This document shows positions 12,046 through 24,321 of a DNA stretch of 64,000 nt, piece by piece. This stretch comes from Amoebidium appalachense (taxonomy: Eukaryota; Protista; Ichthyosporea), in NCBI GenBank assembly GCA_963693365.1, contig CAVNZM010000003.1:10648988-10712987 (forward strand), in the 5' to 3' direction. The notes below the pieces were generated by a model that had not been told where the DNA came from, did no database searches, and was given only the letters and a program-made list of their open reading frames with translations. Each line of letters begins with the position of its first letter. The first letter of the stretch is position 1. The position numbers and the translations under genes were made by a program.

Positions 12046-15000
12046 TGTTGTAATACGTAGTATTTACATATGGTAAGATCTTCTCAGTTTGTGTTATGTT
12101 TCAGTTCATATGCTTAGTGTAAATGCCACACTCCTATTATGTAAAGTGTAGCATCGATCTCCGATATGCTTGTATACTTGTAATCGTGTTGTATCGGCTT
12201 TAATCGTGTATTGTAATATCGATTAGAATATTTATATGTGTGTACACGGATCCACCCACTCAGGGAGAGACGTGTACATGTTCGTGTGTACATAAATATC
12301 TCTGGTTATAGTTATGCTATTACTATCTTGTTTGTTGATCTGTGCTCTCTTTTCCTTCCTCTTTCTCCTTCCTTATTTTCTTTTCTTTCTCTCCTTGTCT
12401 TCATGTGTATAATCGTATTTCTTTTCTACTAATATATGTTAGGTAGATTTGTGTTACTTAATACGTGTTCATTGGACGGTAACACACTTAGGCTACACTT
12501 AGAATAGCATGTGTGTTTAGACTTCATTAATTCACTTTAGTTTTCATGTGTTGCCGGGCTTTAACCAATCATCAAGGTTAAGTGTGATATGTCTGAGTCT
12601 TTGCAGTATGTCATAGGCTAGAACTTCCTTGATGATGACACGAGTTGATCCTAACTAGTGTCTGTGTCCTATCGTGTACGCCTCCGCGTACCGGATCTCT
12701 CTGAAAGCAATTGGTTCTTAGTGATTGGTTTCTATTAGAGATGGATCTGATTTCCGACTGGTCGGAAATCATGTATGGATTGGACTTAGAGGAATTTCAG
12801 GTATTTATTCGAAGATCAGAATAAATTCAGTTCAGTCGTGTCTAAACATTGATGTCTGTTGTGTACACTGCTCCGATCGTTCCGTGTTTTGTTGTTGTGT
12901 GTGTCTGTGGTGTTTTCACACTGCACCACTGTGTCTCTGCTTACATCCCAAATACTAATAGAAATTTAACAGGTTATGGGCCCAGCACGCTTCCACTGCG
13001 TGTTTTGTTGTTTGTGTGTCTGTGGTGTTCACACTGCACCACTGTGTCTCTGCTTACATCCCAAATACTAATAGAAATTTAACAGGTTATGCAGCCCTTT
13101 TGTACGCTCCCTACACACATCTAGAACTCGCGCTCGTTTTTCAATCATGGATCCAAACAAAACTGGCGTAAACAAAATCACCATGTGGAAAGGTGAAGGG
13201 AAGACTGGTCCCGATAGCAAAACTACCTATTTTCAATGGGAAATCATTTTTCTCGGCATGATGACCGGCACTAAAGGTGTCCGACTCGTGGATGTTGTCC
13301 TTGCTGACAACTACGTCCCCCCTACCACCGTCGCGGTTGACGGTGAACCCCCCTTCTATGGCTACGGCACTACCGCGGAACTCAAAGAGGCCCGCAATTG
13401 CCTCCTGCTCCATATGATACAGAACATCGACCCTTCCGTCCTCACCACCGTTGCCCAGTACCGTATTGGCATGGACCCTGAACGGGCCATGTGGAAATTC
13501 CGTCAACACTATCTCCAAGGCAAACCCGATCAGATCCGCATCCTTCACCGTCAGTGGGATGCCTGTGCCCTTCAGCCCGGTGAATCATTCACCACCTACC
13601 TGAGCCGTCTGCAGACCATCGTGAACCAGCTCCAGTCTCTCCAAGATGAGTCCATTCACTTCACTCGTCTAGCTGAGAAGTTCTTCAATGAACTCACCAC
13701 CAGAGACGACCTCACCCCTGAGTTCAATCGTCTTATCGAAGACTATCACTTCGGTGATAAGCTATTCCCCGACTTCGAGTCCCTCCATAACCACGTCAAG
13801 GGCATCGAGTTACGTCAAGACCTCAAGATGCAACTCCGGAACAACCGTGCCCACCGTGCCTCCAAGTCCAGCATGGCATTAAATGCCAGTGCTCCCCCCC
13901 GTGATCTTCCTCGCCGTGACTTACGCACCCGACTTGACCGTACCTCTGGCACGGACCTCCGAACTCGTCTCTCCCGTCAGCACACCCGATCCCGTTCCCC
14001 CCACCGGCCTGCCTTCCGGTCCACGTCTCGTTCCCCCAGTCGTTCCCGTTTCTCGGGTTCCCGTCGTTCTGATTCCCCGGCTCGTTCTAACACCCCGTCC
14101 GTGAAAGAATGCTCCTACTGCCACGAGCCTGATCACACGATCATCGATTGCCCTGAGCCGAAATGCCGTATGTCCAGACACAACCGTTCCCGTCAAGGCA
14201 GTGAGAAATCTGTCTCCTTTGCTTTCTCGGCATACAATGCTAGCTCCGTCCCCGTGTCCTCCGACCCTGCCTGGGATTCCGGGTGCAACATGACTGTTTG
14301 CCCCACCCGTGAGTTCTTCCATGACCTCACTCCCCTTCCGACACCGACTCCCGTTGCTGCCTTCAATGGCACCCCCGTCTTGGCCACTCACACCGGCCAT
14401 ATCGTCATCAACACCACCACCGACCATGGCACTACCACCCTAACCATTGAAGCCTACTACACCCCGTCTGGCCAAGCCTTCCTCATTTCAACATCCCAAG
14501 CTGCTGCCGAATACATCAAGGGTGATTTGAACGATGCCTCCACTCCGTCATTCCTCTTCGACCGACTCACCGGCCGTCATCTCGTCAACCTCCGTCTACA
14601 CAACGGTCTGTATTACTTCAAGGACTACACCATTCAACCACCCACTCGTCCTGTGGCTCTGGCTGCCACTACCAGTGTTAACCCATCCATCTGGCACCAT
14701 CGTCTGGGGCACCGAGCTATGACCAGCATCAAGGACATGGTGAAACACGACCTTGTTATTGGTCTCCCCTCCTCTGTCCTCGACTGTGATGTTCCTGATT
14801 GTCATGGCTGCATTATGGGTAAGACCACCAAGGCTCCGTTCAGGGGTGACCGTCCTCACTCCAACATCCCCGGTCATGAATGGCATTGGGATTTTTTTGA
14901 GCCTACCACAACATCGTACGGAGGTTCCAAGGTTGCTCTCGTCACTGTCTGCCGTGCCTCTGGCCTCGTCAAGATCTACCCGATGGCCGACCGTACCACC

Positions 15001-18000
15001 ACCCTGGATATTCTCACAGCTCACACCAACCTCGTTGCCACCCATGCCCCCTCCAAAGTTGGTGTTTACCACTTCGACTCCGGCTCTGAGTTCACCTCCA
15101 AGGATACCCGTGCTTTTTGCCTCTCCCAGGGCATCAAGGCCAGCTATGCTCCGGTGGACTGCCCTCAACTGAACGGCTATGTTGAACGACGTATGCGGTT
15201 CCTCCAAGAGATTGTCCGTTGCCTCCTCCATCAAGTCCAAGATCAGTCTCTGTCTCCCAAACTGTGGGCTGAGGCCCTCCAACATGCCGCCTACATCATC
15301 AACGTCACCCCGTCCACGACTGCCAATGGTCGTACACCATTCGAGGTTTTCTACGGTGTCAAGCCCGACATCTCCGAGCTCAAAGTGTTCGGTTGCCCTG
15401 CCTACACTCACGTGCCAGCCTCTAAACGGAACAAGCTGGCCCCCACCGTCAAACTCGGCATGTATATCGGCTATGATCTTCAATCACACTGCCACCGGAT
15501 CTTCAATGCCACCACCCATCGTGTCGGCCTCTTCCGTGATGTGATTTTCGACGAATCAGCTTATCTCCCGTCCGACATTCCATCAACCCTTCCGACCCCC
15601 GACACCACTGCTACCTCGACCACCCCACCCCCCACAGTTGACACTGAAGATGATGTTTGTCTGGTGTACTCTGGCCCCCCTCCTGCCATCGTCGTTCCCC
15701 CGACACCCCCCCCCACCGGCCCCCCTGCCCCCGTGCCCGTCCAGCCTGCCGACCCTCATCCTGGCCCTGGCAACGTCACACCCATCCGACCCGGCTCCCC
15801 CGACAACTTCCACTCGGCCCCGTCCAGCCCGGAGGTTGCCCCCCCTGCACTTCCGAACTTCCAAGTTCCCCCCCCACCGTCTCCACCTACCCCGGTTCCT
15901 GCACCCCGTCGTTCTGCCCGTCTCCAGGGCAAGGTTGGACTTCAAGCCACCACCACCCTGCCAGTCCCCCCCGGTCCCCCCATCAACATCGACCAACTAC
16001 CCAAACTTGTCCGTCAACTCTGTTCCGGACCCAATGGTGATCAGGTCAAGTCAGCCCTGACTGCTGAGTATCAAGCCTTCGTCGACAAAGACATCTTTGA
16101 ACTTGTTGACCCTCCCCCTGGTGCTAACATCGTCGGCTTCAAGTGGATTGTCTCCGAGAAAACTCTCAACTCGGCTGGTGACACCAAGATCAAGGCACGT
16201 GGTGTTGCTCAAGGCTTCAGTCAGCAATACGGTGTTGACTATGAGTTGATTGAGAGCCCTGTCATCCGTCCGGCTGCTCTCCGTGCCATCCTAGCTCTGG
16301 CCGTTGTTGAAGGTCATGACATACATCAACTCGACGTGTCTACGGCCTTTCTCAACAGCCCACTCACCGAGACCATCTACATGAAACAACCCCCGGGATT
16401 CATCACCATGGCCACACTTGGCAAGGTCTGGAGACTCAAGAAAGCCCTGTACGGCCTCAAGCAAGCCTCCAAGGCTTGGTACGACTTCCTCGACGGCATT
16501 CTTCTTGCCCATGGCCTGACCCGTACTAAGACCGACCCGTGCATCTACCTCCGGTTCTTCCCCAACAACGATGTGGTACGGGCTGGTAACTACGTCGATG
16601 ACTCCACCATCACCAACACCCGGGGTTCTACTGCTGCCAGTGACCTGGCTGCCCACATCAGCAAGATGGCCAGCTGTCGTATGAGTCCATTTGACCGTAT
16701 GCTCGGTGTTGATTTTAATCACTCTGATCCCCATCACCTCCACATGCACCAGAGGTCTTACATCATGGATATCATCCACGACTTCAACCTCACCGATGCC
16801 AAGTCCAAGTCTACCCCCATCCCTGCAGGCACCACCGTCTCCCTGGCTGATTGCCCCCCCCAACCGTTCACCGTGCCCTACCGTGAGTTACTCGGCCGTC
16901 TCCTCTGGGTGGCACGGTGCACACGTCCCGACATTGCCTATGCCATCGGCTTCCTTGGTCGGTTCAGCACCAACCCCGGCAAGACTCACTGGGACCTTCT
17001 CCGTCGTGTGGCCCGGTACCTGCTCGGCACCATTGACCTTGGCATTGACTACAAGTACTCGGCCACCCAGTCCCCCATACTCGAATGCTACACGGATGCT
17101 GACTTTGCTGGTTGTGCCGACAGCAAGAAGTCTACCACCGGCTACATTATCGTGTTTGCTGGTATGCCCGTCATCTGGTACTCCAAGCTCCAGCCCATCA
17201 CGGCCACCAGCACCACTGAAGCTGAGCTGATTGCTCTCAATGCTGGCACCCAAGAAGTTGCTTGGGTCCGTGACCTCTTCAAGGAACTCGGCTGTCCCAT
17301 GCTTGCTCCGACTCCGGTGTACTGTGACAACCAGTCGACCATTGCCATCGTCAACTCCACCGGCATCAAGCACCGTACCAAACACATTGCCGTCCGGTAT
17401 CACAACACCAAGGACTACATTGCCAGTGGGGACGTGGTTGTCCACTACGTTGAGTCAGCCCACAACTTAGCTGACATACTCACCAAACCCCTCCCCGGCC
17501 CGAGTCATGTCCACCATCGTGCTCGACTTTGTTTACCGGATATTGTGGATTGACCCGACCTACTTCAAGAGTGATTTTCTCATGTGTACTACTTACTTTA
17601 TCAACATCATTATATCATATGTATTGCCTTTGTGGGTATGCCCACTTAGGGTTTATATATAAGGTTTGACCTGTACCATCACTCTACTCTATCTTTCACT
17701 GGTTTAAAACCCAGTTAATCAAACACCGCCTATACACGTTATATATATTCGTTGTTTTTGCCCCGGTTCCTTCCCCCCTCCCCCCCCCCCCCCTTCCCCC
17801 CCCCTTCCCCCCCCCCTTCCCCCCCCTCCCCCCCCCTTCTCCCCCCCCCCCCCCCCGGGAAAAGTACACACTTTAATTTTTTTTTTTACCGTTTCTGTTC
17901 TCAAGTGGGGAGATTTCACTAGTTCAGTGGGGATATGATAACACAAACTTCAAAGTCTTAAGTGGGGATGTTGTAATACGTAGTATTTACATATGGTAAG

Positions 18001-18893
18001 ATCTTCTCAGTTTGTGTTATGTTTCAGTTCATATGCTTAGTGTAAATGCCACACTCCTATTATGTAAAGTGTAGCATCGATCTCCGATATGCTTGTATAC
18101 TTGTAATCGTGTTGTATCGGCTTTAATCGTGTATTGTAATATCGATTAGAATATTTATATGTGTGTACACGGATCCACCCACTCAGGGAGAGACGTGTAC
18201 ATGTTCGTGTGTACATAAATATCTCTGGTTATAGTTATGCTATTACTATCTTGTTTGTTGATCTGTGCTCTCTTTTCCTTCCTCTTTCTCCTTCCTTATT
18301 TTCTTTTCTTTCTCTCCTTGTCTTCATGTGTATAATCGTATTTCTTTTCTACTAATATATGTTAGGTAGATTTGTGTTACTTAATACGTGTTCATTGGAC
18401 GGTAACACACTTAGGCTACACTTAGAATAGCATGTGTGTTTAGACTTCATTAATTCACTTTAGTTTTCATGTGTTGCCGGGCTTTAACCAATCATCAAGG
18501 TTAAGTGTGATATGTCTGAGTCTTTGCAGTATGTCATAGGCTAGAACTTCCTTGATGATGACACGAGTTGATCCTAACTAGTGTCTGTGTCCTATCGTGT
18601 ACGCCTCCGCGTACCGGATCTCTCTGAAAGCAATTGGTTCTTAGTGATTGGTTTCTATTAGAGATGGATCTGATTTCCGACTGGTCGGAAATCATGTATG
18701 GATTGGACTTAGAGGAATTTCAGGTATTTATTCGAAGATCAGAATAAATTCAGTTCAGTCGTGTCTAAACATTGATGTCTGTTGTGTACACTGCTCCGAT
18801 CGTTCCGTGTTTTGTTGTTGTGTGTGTCTGTGGTGTTTTCACACTGCACCACTGTGTCTCTGCTTACATCCCAAATACTAATAGAAATTAACA
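12046..18893 (+). mobile_element. Ty1/copia LTR retrotransposon, full length (copy 1)
   Basis: LTRs 12046-12971 and 17969-18893 (TG...CA, essentially identical); TSD ATACT (12041-12045, 18894-18898); PBS-like GGTTATG at 13085; PPT AAGTGGGGA 17960-17968. Confidence 0.97.
13147..17553 (+). CDS. Copia Gag-Pol polyprotein, 1468 aa
   Basis: Zinc knuckle CSYCHEPDHTIIDC; protease WDSGC; WHHRLGH...CHGC; integrase HWD..FDSGSEF..NGYVER; RT KARGVAQG, QLDVSTAFL, LKKALYGLKQ, YVDD; RNase H YTDADFAG, YCDNQS, LADILTK; copia domain order. Confidence 0.97.
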   Translation: MDPNKTGVNKITMWKGEGKTGPDSKTTYFQWEIIFLGMMTGTKGVRLVDVVLADNYVPPTTVAVDGEPPFYGYGTTAELKEARNCLLLHMIQNIDPSVLTTVAQYRIGMDPERAMWKFRQHYLQGKPDQIRILHRQWDACALQPGESFTTYLSRLQTIVNQLQSLQDESIHFTRLAEKFFNELTTRDDLTPEFNRLIEDYHFGDKLFPDFESLHNHVKGIELRQDLKMQLRNNRAHRASKSSMALNASAPPRDLPRRDLRTRLDRTSGTDLRTRLSRQHTRSRSPHRPAFRSTSRSPSRSRFSGSRRSDSPARSNTPSVKECSYCHEPDHTIIDCPEPKCRMSRHNRSRQGSEKSVSFAFSAYNASSVPVSSDPAWDSGCNMTVCPTREFFHDLTPLPTPTPVAAFNGTPVLATHTGHIVINTTTDHGTTTLTIEAYYTPSGQAFLISTSQAAAEYIKGDLNDASTPSFLFDRLTGRHLVNLRLHNGLYYFKDYTIQPPTRPVALAATTSVNPSIWHHRLGHRAMTSIKDMVKHDLVIGLPSSVLDCDVPDCHGCIMGKTTKAPFRGDRPHSNIPGHEWHWDFFEPTTTSYGGSKVALVTVCRASGLVKIYPMADRTTTLDILTAHTNLVATHAPSKVGVYHFDSGSEFTSKDTRAFCLSQGIKASYAPVDCPQLNGYVERRMRFLQEIVRCLLHQVQDQSLSPKLWAEALQHAAYIINVTPSTTANGRTPFEVFYGVKPDISELKVFGCPAYTHVPASKRNKLAPTVKLGMYIGYDLQSHCHRIFNATTHRVGLFRDVIFDESAYLPSDIPSTLPTPDTTATSTTPPPTVDTEDDVCLVYSGPPPAIVVPPTPPPTGPPAPVPVQPADPHPGPGNVTPIRPGSPDNFHSAPSSPEVAPPALPNFQVPPPPSPPTPVPAPRRSARLQGKVGLQATTTLPVPPGPPINIDQLPKLVRQLCSGPNGDQVKSALTAEYQAFVDKDIFELVDPPPGANIVGFKWIVSEKTLNSAGDTKIKARGVAQGFSQQYGVDYELIESPVIRPAALRAILALAVVEGHDIHQLDVSTAFLNSPLTETIYMKQPPGFITMATLGKVWRLKKALYGLKQASKAWYDFLDGILLAHGLTRTKTDPCIYLRFFPNNDVVRAGNYVDDSTITNTRGSTAASDLAAHISKMASCRMSPFDRMLGVDFNHSDPHHLHMHQRSYIMDIIHDFNLTDAKSKSTPIPAGTTVSLADCPPQPFTVPYRELLGRLLWVARCTRPDIAYAIGFLGRFSTNPGKTHWDLLRRVARYLLGTIDLGIDYKYSATQSPILECYTDADFAGCADSKKSTTGYIIVFAGMPVIWYSKLQPITATSTTEAELIALNAGTQEVAWVRDLFKELGCPMLAPTPVYCDNQSTIAIVNSTGIKHRTKHIAVRYHNTKDYIASGDVVVHYVESAHNLADILTKPLPGPSHVHHRARLCLPDIVD

Positions 18894-20171
18894 ATACTAG
18901 CAAGCCGGCTCAAGCTTTCCTTTTTAGACATAGGGGCTCACCTAGTCTAGCGGGAGTGGTGTTTGGTAACAAGAGAGCATGGGGATATTCCTTCCTACCA
19001 CCACCAGCATAATCACCGAGATCTATTAAATCATCAACAATAACGTTAGTGCATGTATTGTTCTAGTACGAGATGTGAATCTGGTCTGGCTTGTGCAGAT
19101 TCTAATAGGCGCATCTATATAGGGTGTTTCGTTGCATAGCATACACATACATCAACTCTTAGACTACCCCACTTTTACTTGAGCTGGGATAGACGGAGGC
19201 GAAAGGTGGGAGGAGGAGGGGGGAGCAGATCAAGGGAGGTCTTAGGTAGGAAAAGGATAGGAGAGTCACTGTGGTCAGATGACCTAGAGAGGTTAGGAGG
19301 GAGAGAGAAATTTGACATGGTTGATGGCCAAAAGGCCACTCCCCAGTCGGTGTTGTGGGCATGGGTTATTTGAGGGAACCGCAAAGTGTGACTTTGGACA
19401 TACCTTGCTATAGGGATAGCGCGCTCCGGGGGCCGCAAGTTAGATGGGTACCCGACACTCACTTGCAGTGTGTCTGTGTGGTGGAGTCGCGTGTTAAAAT
19501 CACCTAAAATAACAGTGGACATTGGTAACTGTGACAACTCGTGAGTCAATTCGGCAACCGACATAGATGGTGGGTAATATACAAAAGTAAAAACATTAGA
19601 AAGAAACTCTATGGAAACCGTTTGTGACCGCGTACAGCTCGCTTGGCGCAGTTCGGGCCGCAGGCCAAGCATGGAATCGAATTCGGGTCATGATTCATGG
19701 ATCGATATCAGTGGCCTAGGAAACGTTGAGCTTAGCCATTATATATTCCAATGTCACGGAACTAGTTCTTAGTAGTTAGAAGGGCAAATAGGGTAAAACA
19801 TTAGGGCTTATTTTTTAATAACCCAAACGGCCGAATTACATAAAGCTACTTAAAAATAGCATTTAGACATATGTAACGCAATTGTTTGGCACCCCCCAAG
19901 ACCGACAAAACTCTGTAACATATGTCTTTCTTTCCCTGAAGCGTTCTAGCGTACCAGATCTGCATGTCTTATGACGGAATATAAGAGTATAGAAAATAAA
20001 AAAATAGTTTTTGAGTCATATAGGAGGTAAGGTATGTATGTGCTGCTTATTAATAATACATTGATGATATATTTTTGACTTTCAACTTGCCCCACCGTGT
20101 TGTGAAAAGTTTGGGTTTCATACACCAAAATCCGTTGTCGTACTATGCCATCAGATGCTCGCTGTGTGTGT

Positions 20172-20202
<31 letters not shown>

Positions 20203-20304
20203 GGGGGGGGGGGAGGGGGGGGGGGGAGGGAGGGAGGGAGGGAGGGAGGGAGGGAGGGAGGGAGGGAGGGCAAGGGGGAGGAGGAGGGGGCGGGGGTGAT
20301 CTGG

Positions 20305-20713
20305 GGGGGCCGCCTAGAATGCAGAACATGGTACGAATTCGAAGTCACAACTAGTACACACTATGAGAGAGACATGGCACGTGGACACGACACAACACTG
20401 CAGCTGTACGTGCAGGACACATGCAAAGGCAAACATTCGATTCAAGTACGCAACATCGATCATAGCCCAAACAAGAATGATTATACTCGGGCCGAACCCA
20501 CGTTGATAACCGCCGGCATCAAGGTCAAAGGCCACGGACGTCTCGATACCAGTGAAGGGCAGACTCTTATCTCTCATACTCGGCCCGACTTATTTGGGGA
20601 GGTGATCGCCGGGCCATCTCGGCGCGGACTACTAGGTGAACATTCTCCCTAGCGGGGGCACGGGGGATTGGACCCCGAAACCTGTACCACAACCTGCCTA
20701 ACATTGATAGATA
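20305..20713 (-). repeat. Longer copy of the C-tailed repeat with a possible tRNA-derived head (candidate SINE)
   Basis: On the minus strand: a T-arm CGGGG-TCCAATC-CCCCG followed by a 7-nt acceptor-like strand TGCCCCC (plus 20654-20677); 3' part (20315-20460) shares TTTGCCTTTGCATGTGTCCTGCAC...GCATTC with the dispersed repeat. Confidence 0.5.
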
Positions 20714-20790
20714 GGGTTTACACACTTTTTATTGCGTGGACACTGCCGGAGGCCCAGCCACATTCGACGGCCTACTGCGTTTTCCAGCGC
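20714..20790 (-). mobile_element. Family-B 3' terminus (may extend to about 21300 as a subfamily)
   Basis: GGGTTTACACACTTTTTATTGCGTGGACACTGCCGGAGGCCCAGCCACATTCGACGGCCTACTGCGTTTTCCAGC matches 62254-62330. Confidence 0.8.
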
Positions 20791-21999
20791 AGAAAAATGG
20801 CCTGCGGGCAGTCCCCTGGCGGACCAATAGATAGGTAGTACGCAAAATGTCGAAGAAGCATGTATGGCCTACCAATTTTTTTTTTCTCTTGACTGGGATT
20901 TATTATTGATCAGTGGACCAGTGGATATGAAGGCAACGTGCAGCCACAGGCTACATGACCACCAATATAACCGACTTCGAAAGAGCCACAGCGATGAAAT
21001 AAAAAATAAAACAACAAGTGACCAAGGGACACCAGAAACTAGTTTGCTCCAACTAGTCATATGCAGTGATGATGACCAGGCCACACTCCGCAAGAAGACA
21101 TCATTACTGCTGCCCCCCATCAGGCCCCCCTCAAAACCTACGGGGGCACAGCAAGCAAATCAGGCCTTTAAAGAGCAATGCAGACCAAATCCGAGCGAGA
21201 AAACAATCCCCACGGGCCCGTCCCCTAGAAAACCCGCAGAAGCTGTCTCTAACTCTTTGATAAGGTGGCCTAGTTATCAGCATATCTCGGTGTCAAATAT
21301 TAGCGTGAAATCCCGGTTTCAAAATTAGTATGCTCATATCTCGGTTCAAAATATTAGCATGCTATCCCGGCCTATCATGTAACCCGTTGGGTGGAGTGCC
21401 TGTTGGCCTTGGTGCCGGCAACTTATCACGACCTCAAGCATGTATGTCGATAATAAACAGCACAATCCCCCCCATCGATCAGTAACGCGTACAGTCCTAG
21501 TACATGCATGCACCCTAAGCATGCGCAGAACCTATCGGCAGCCGGGGAAGGGCCTCTGTGATCACTCACGAGGAGCGCGGCATCACAAATTTCGGTGCAC
21601 CTTACTGCGTTGTGTATATGTTTGTGTGGTCGTGTGGCCATGGGTTCGTAATCTCTGCTGCATGCATCAACAAATAAAAGGATATCGATCAGACTGGTTA
21701 CATGTGTAACGGCAAGTCATCCTTGCATCAGCTGTGTACATGTAGACTGTCTCGTCTTCAAAACACAACTCACTCACGGCATCGCGGCCACGGAGTAGCA
21801 GCATCAACTTTCCGGCAGGGGAGGGGACTTACGTGGACCCCTCAGCATTAAAGATCTTTGTGCAGGGTTACTTGCGCAAGCGCTAGCAAAACCGCGAACG
21901 AATGTTATGTGTGGGCAACTAAACTAATACAGCATGCAGCGAAGAATATAATATGTGCTTATTAACTACAGATGCTTGCATAGAGAGCAACCGTGCCCG

Positions 22000-22031
<32 letters not shown>

Positions 22032-22644
22032 GTGTGTGTTTGTGCACGAGGGGGGGGAGGGGGGGGGGGGGGGGGGGGAGAGGGGGGTTTAGGGCGGAGG
22101 GAGGGGCTGGCATTAGGGGAAGTGCAGGCCCCACTGTTTATCATGATAATTGAAAACGACGTTTTATTCAACGGCACCAGGCTGAGTGCTAATCGTTCTA
22201 TTCTCCATAAATTGCTCTGAATGTATTCATGTACTGTAACATTCTAGAGCATACACACCTTGAAAATTTTTTAGTCAATCACAGAATTAGTCAAACGAAC
22301 GTGTGATAATATCGCATGCCTGAAGCACCAAACTATCAGAGAGAGAGAGACGTTTTGTGACTGTGTTGACATAACGCAAACGACGTACATAATATTAATA
22401 CAAGCTCACATCAACGAAAAAACCAGTACGTGTCTGTTTTTGTGCGTGTGTTTGAGGGGGAATGGTGTGTGTGTGTGTGTGTTTAAAGGGGAAGGGTGTG
22501 TGTGTGTGTGTGTGTGTGCATGTACGTGTATGCGTGTGTGCGTGTGTGTGTGTGTGCGTGTGCTTAATCCATGTGTTCAGGTGTTCCTATGCCTGCTGAA
22601 CCCGATATCAAAGCCTTGTAGTCTCAAACACAATTCACGAAAAC

Positions 22645-23269
22645 TCACTTCTTGTTCAAATTAGGAAACTTTTCCTTCAACTTCTTCCCATTCATAGCCA
22701 AAACCTCAGCCAATCCAACTTCCCCGATCTCAATCGATCTCCGATCGCCTTGATCACCGCCCCAAGTGAGCCTATATCCCGATCTAGCGAGCGGAGTCAG
22801 CAACGAATAGCTAGTGATCGCTTGGGAAGAGAGCAAAGCGCTCGGGTGATCTTGCAACCAATCACGAACCAGATCCTCCGTTATCCACTCCTGATGATTC
22901 GTCGGATTTGAGGTAGCATCTTCGATCGCCGTAACGGAATCTTTCGGTTCCGTATTTTCGGTTTTGTCGGGTTTTTCGGGTTTCTCGGTTTTCGGTTTTG
23001 TGAGTGTGGATAGGCGCTCGACCAAGGAATGGTATCTGTGAACAGAGAAAAACGGGGGGAAATGTCAGCCAATTGGATTTAAGGCCGATAAACTAAATCG
23101 GGAAATAGGGTTACTTGCCGCATCGGAAATCCCAATTCTATATGGCATTGATAAACAAAATCGGGAAAAAGGGGGTTGCTTACTGTATAACTGTTATGTG
23201 TGAGACTCTATAAACTCTTCGGAACAAAATTGACCAATTCTTCAACATCCCCCCCCCCCCCCCCCCCCC

Positions 23270-23323
<54 letters not shown>

Positions 23324-23785
23324 CAAATAATTCGCTATCGTAATCGCGACATTACCACAGTGAAACGATTTAAAAAATTCAACCAAATGAGGGCACATTG
23401 GAAAGGGGGAAGGGGGGGGGGGGGGGGGGAGGGGGGGGTTAGATGTATGCTTTAGAGGGTTGGAAATATGGAGGAGACAACAAGGGACAAACTACAAAAG
23501 TCAGAAAAGTGAGAAACCCGAAATCAAACAATTCAAGCATCCAGGCACAAAACAAATGAACAGAGCCCATCATCAGGGGGGTTTCTCTACCTCCACAAAA
23601 GCAAGGGTTTATATTCTTCAACCTCTTGCGTGTGGTTCCCACCCATACTTTGCTTCAACAGCAGGGGAATGTGGTACACCAAGTACAGATTCAAAAGATA
23701 AAGTGTGCGGGCAATGAACGGGTGCACGTGTGAATTTTCGTACTATTTCCACAGCTATAGTACTATGGTACTGGTATTTTTAGAA

Positions 23786-23850
<65 letters not shown>

Positions 23851-24280
23851 GCACGTGCATGTGTGTGTGCATGTGGATGCGTGTGGGTTGACTCGTCATC
23901 GTCATCATGTGTACTCGCAAGTGCGCTCTCTCCCCCCCCCCCCCTCCCCCCCCTCCCTCCCCCGCCTCTCTCTCTCTCTCTCTCTCTCTTTTTTTGGGGG
24001 GGGGGGTTGGGTCCATAAAATTTCCATACCTCACACTGATACTCTTTGACTCCTTGCTGTGGCGCACGGTCAGCAGTGCCGGTTCAGCCGTGATGACCTT
24101 TTCAAGGACCCCCCTGTCCTGGCCGAAAATTGACTGAAGCTCCTCCATGTTTGGCTTGATGATGGCAAAGGGGTCGGAAACGGCAAGTTCGGGGTGGCGG
24201 GGGATCAGATTTCGGGCAATTACGTCCTCCTGAAAAGGGAAAATTGTGTGTGAGAGGGTGTTGGTGGGTGAAAGTGGGAA

Positions 24281-24321
<41 letters not shown>

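Noticed and set aside
13141-17470. Antisense and alternate-frame ORFs over the copia polyprotein (also 42606-46935)
   Set aside because: Shadow ORFs explained by the strong C-ending codon bias of the real ORF.
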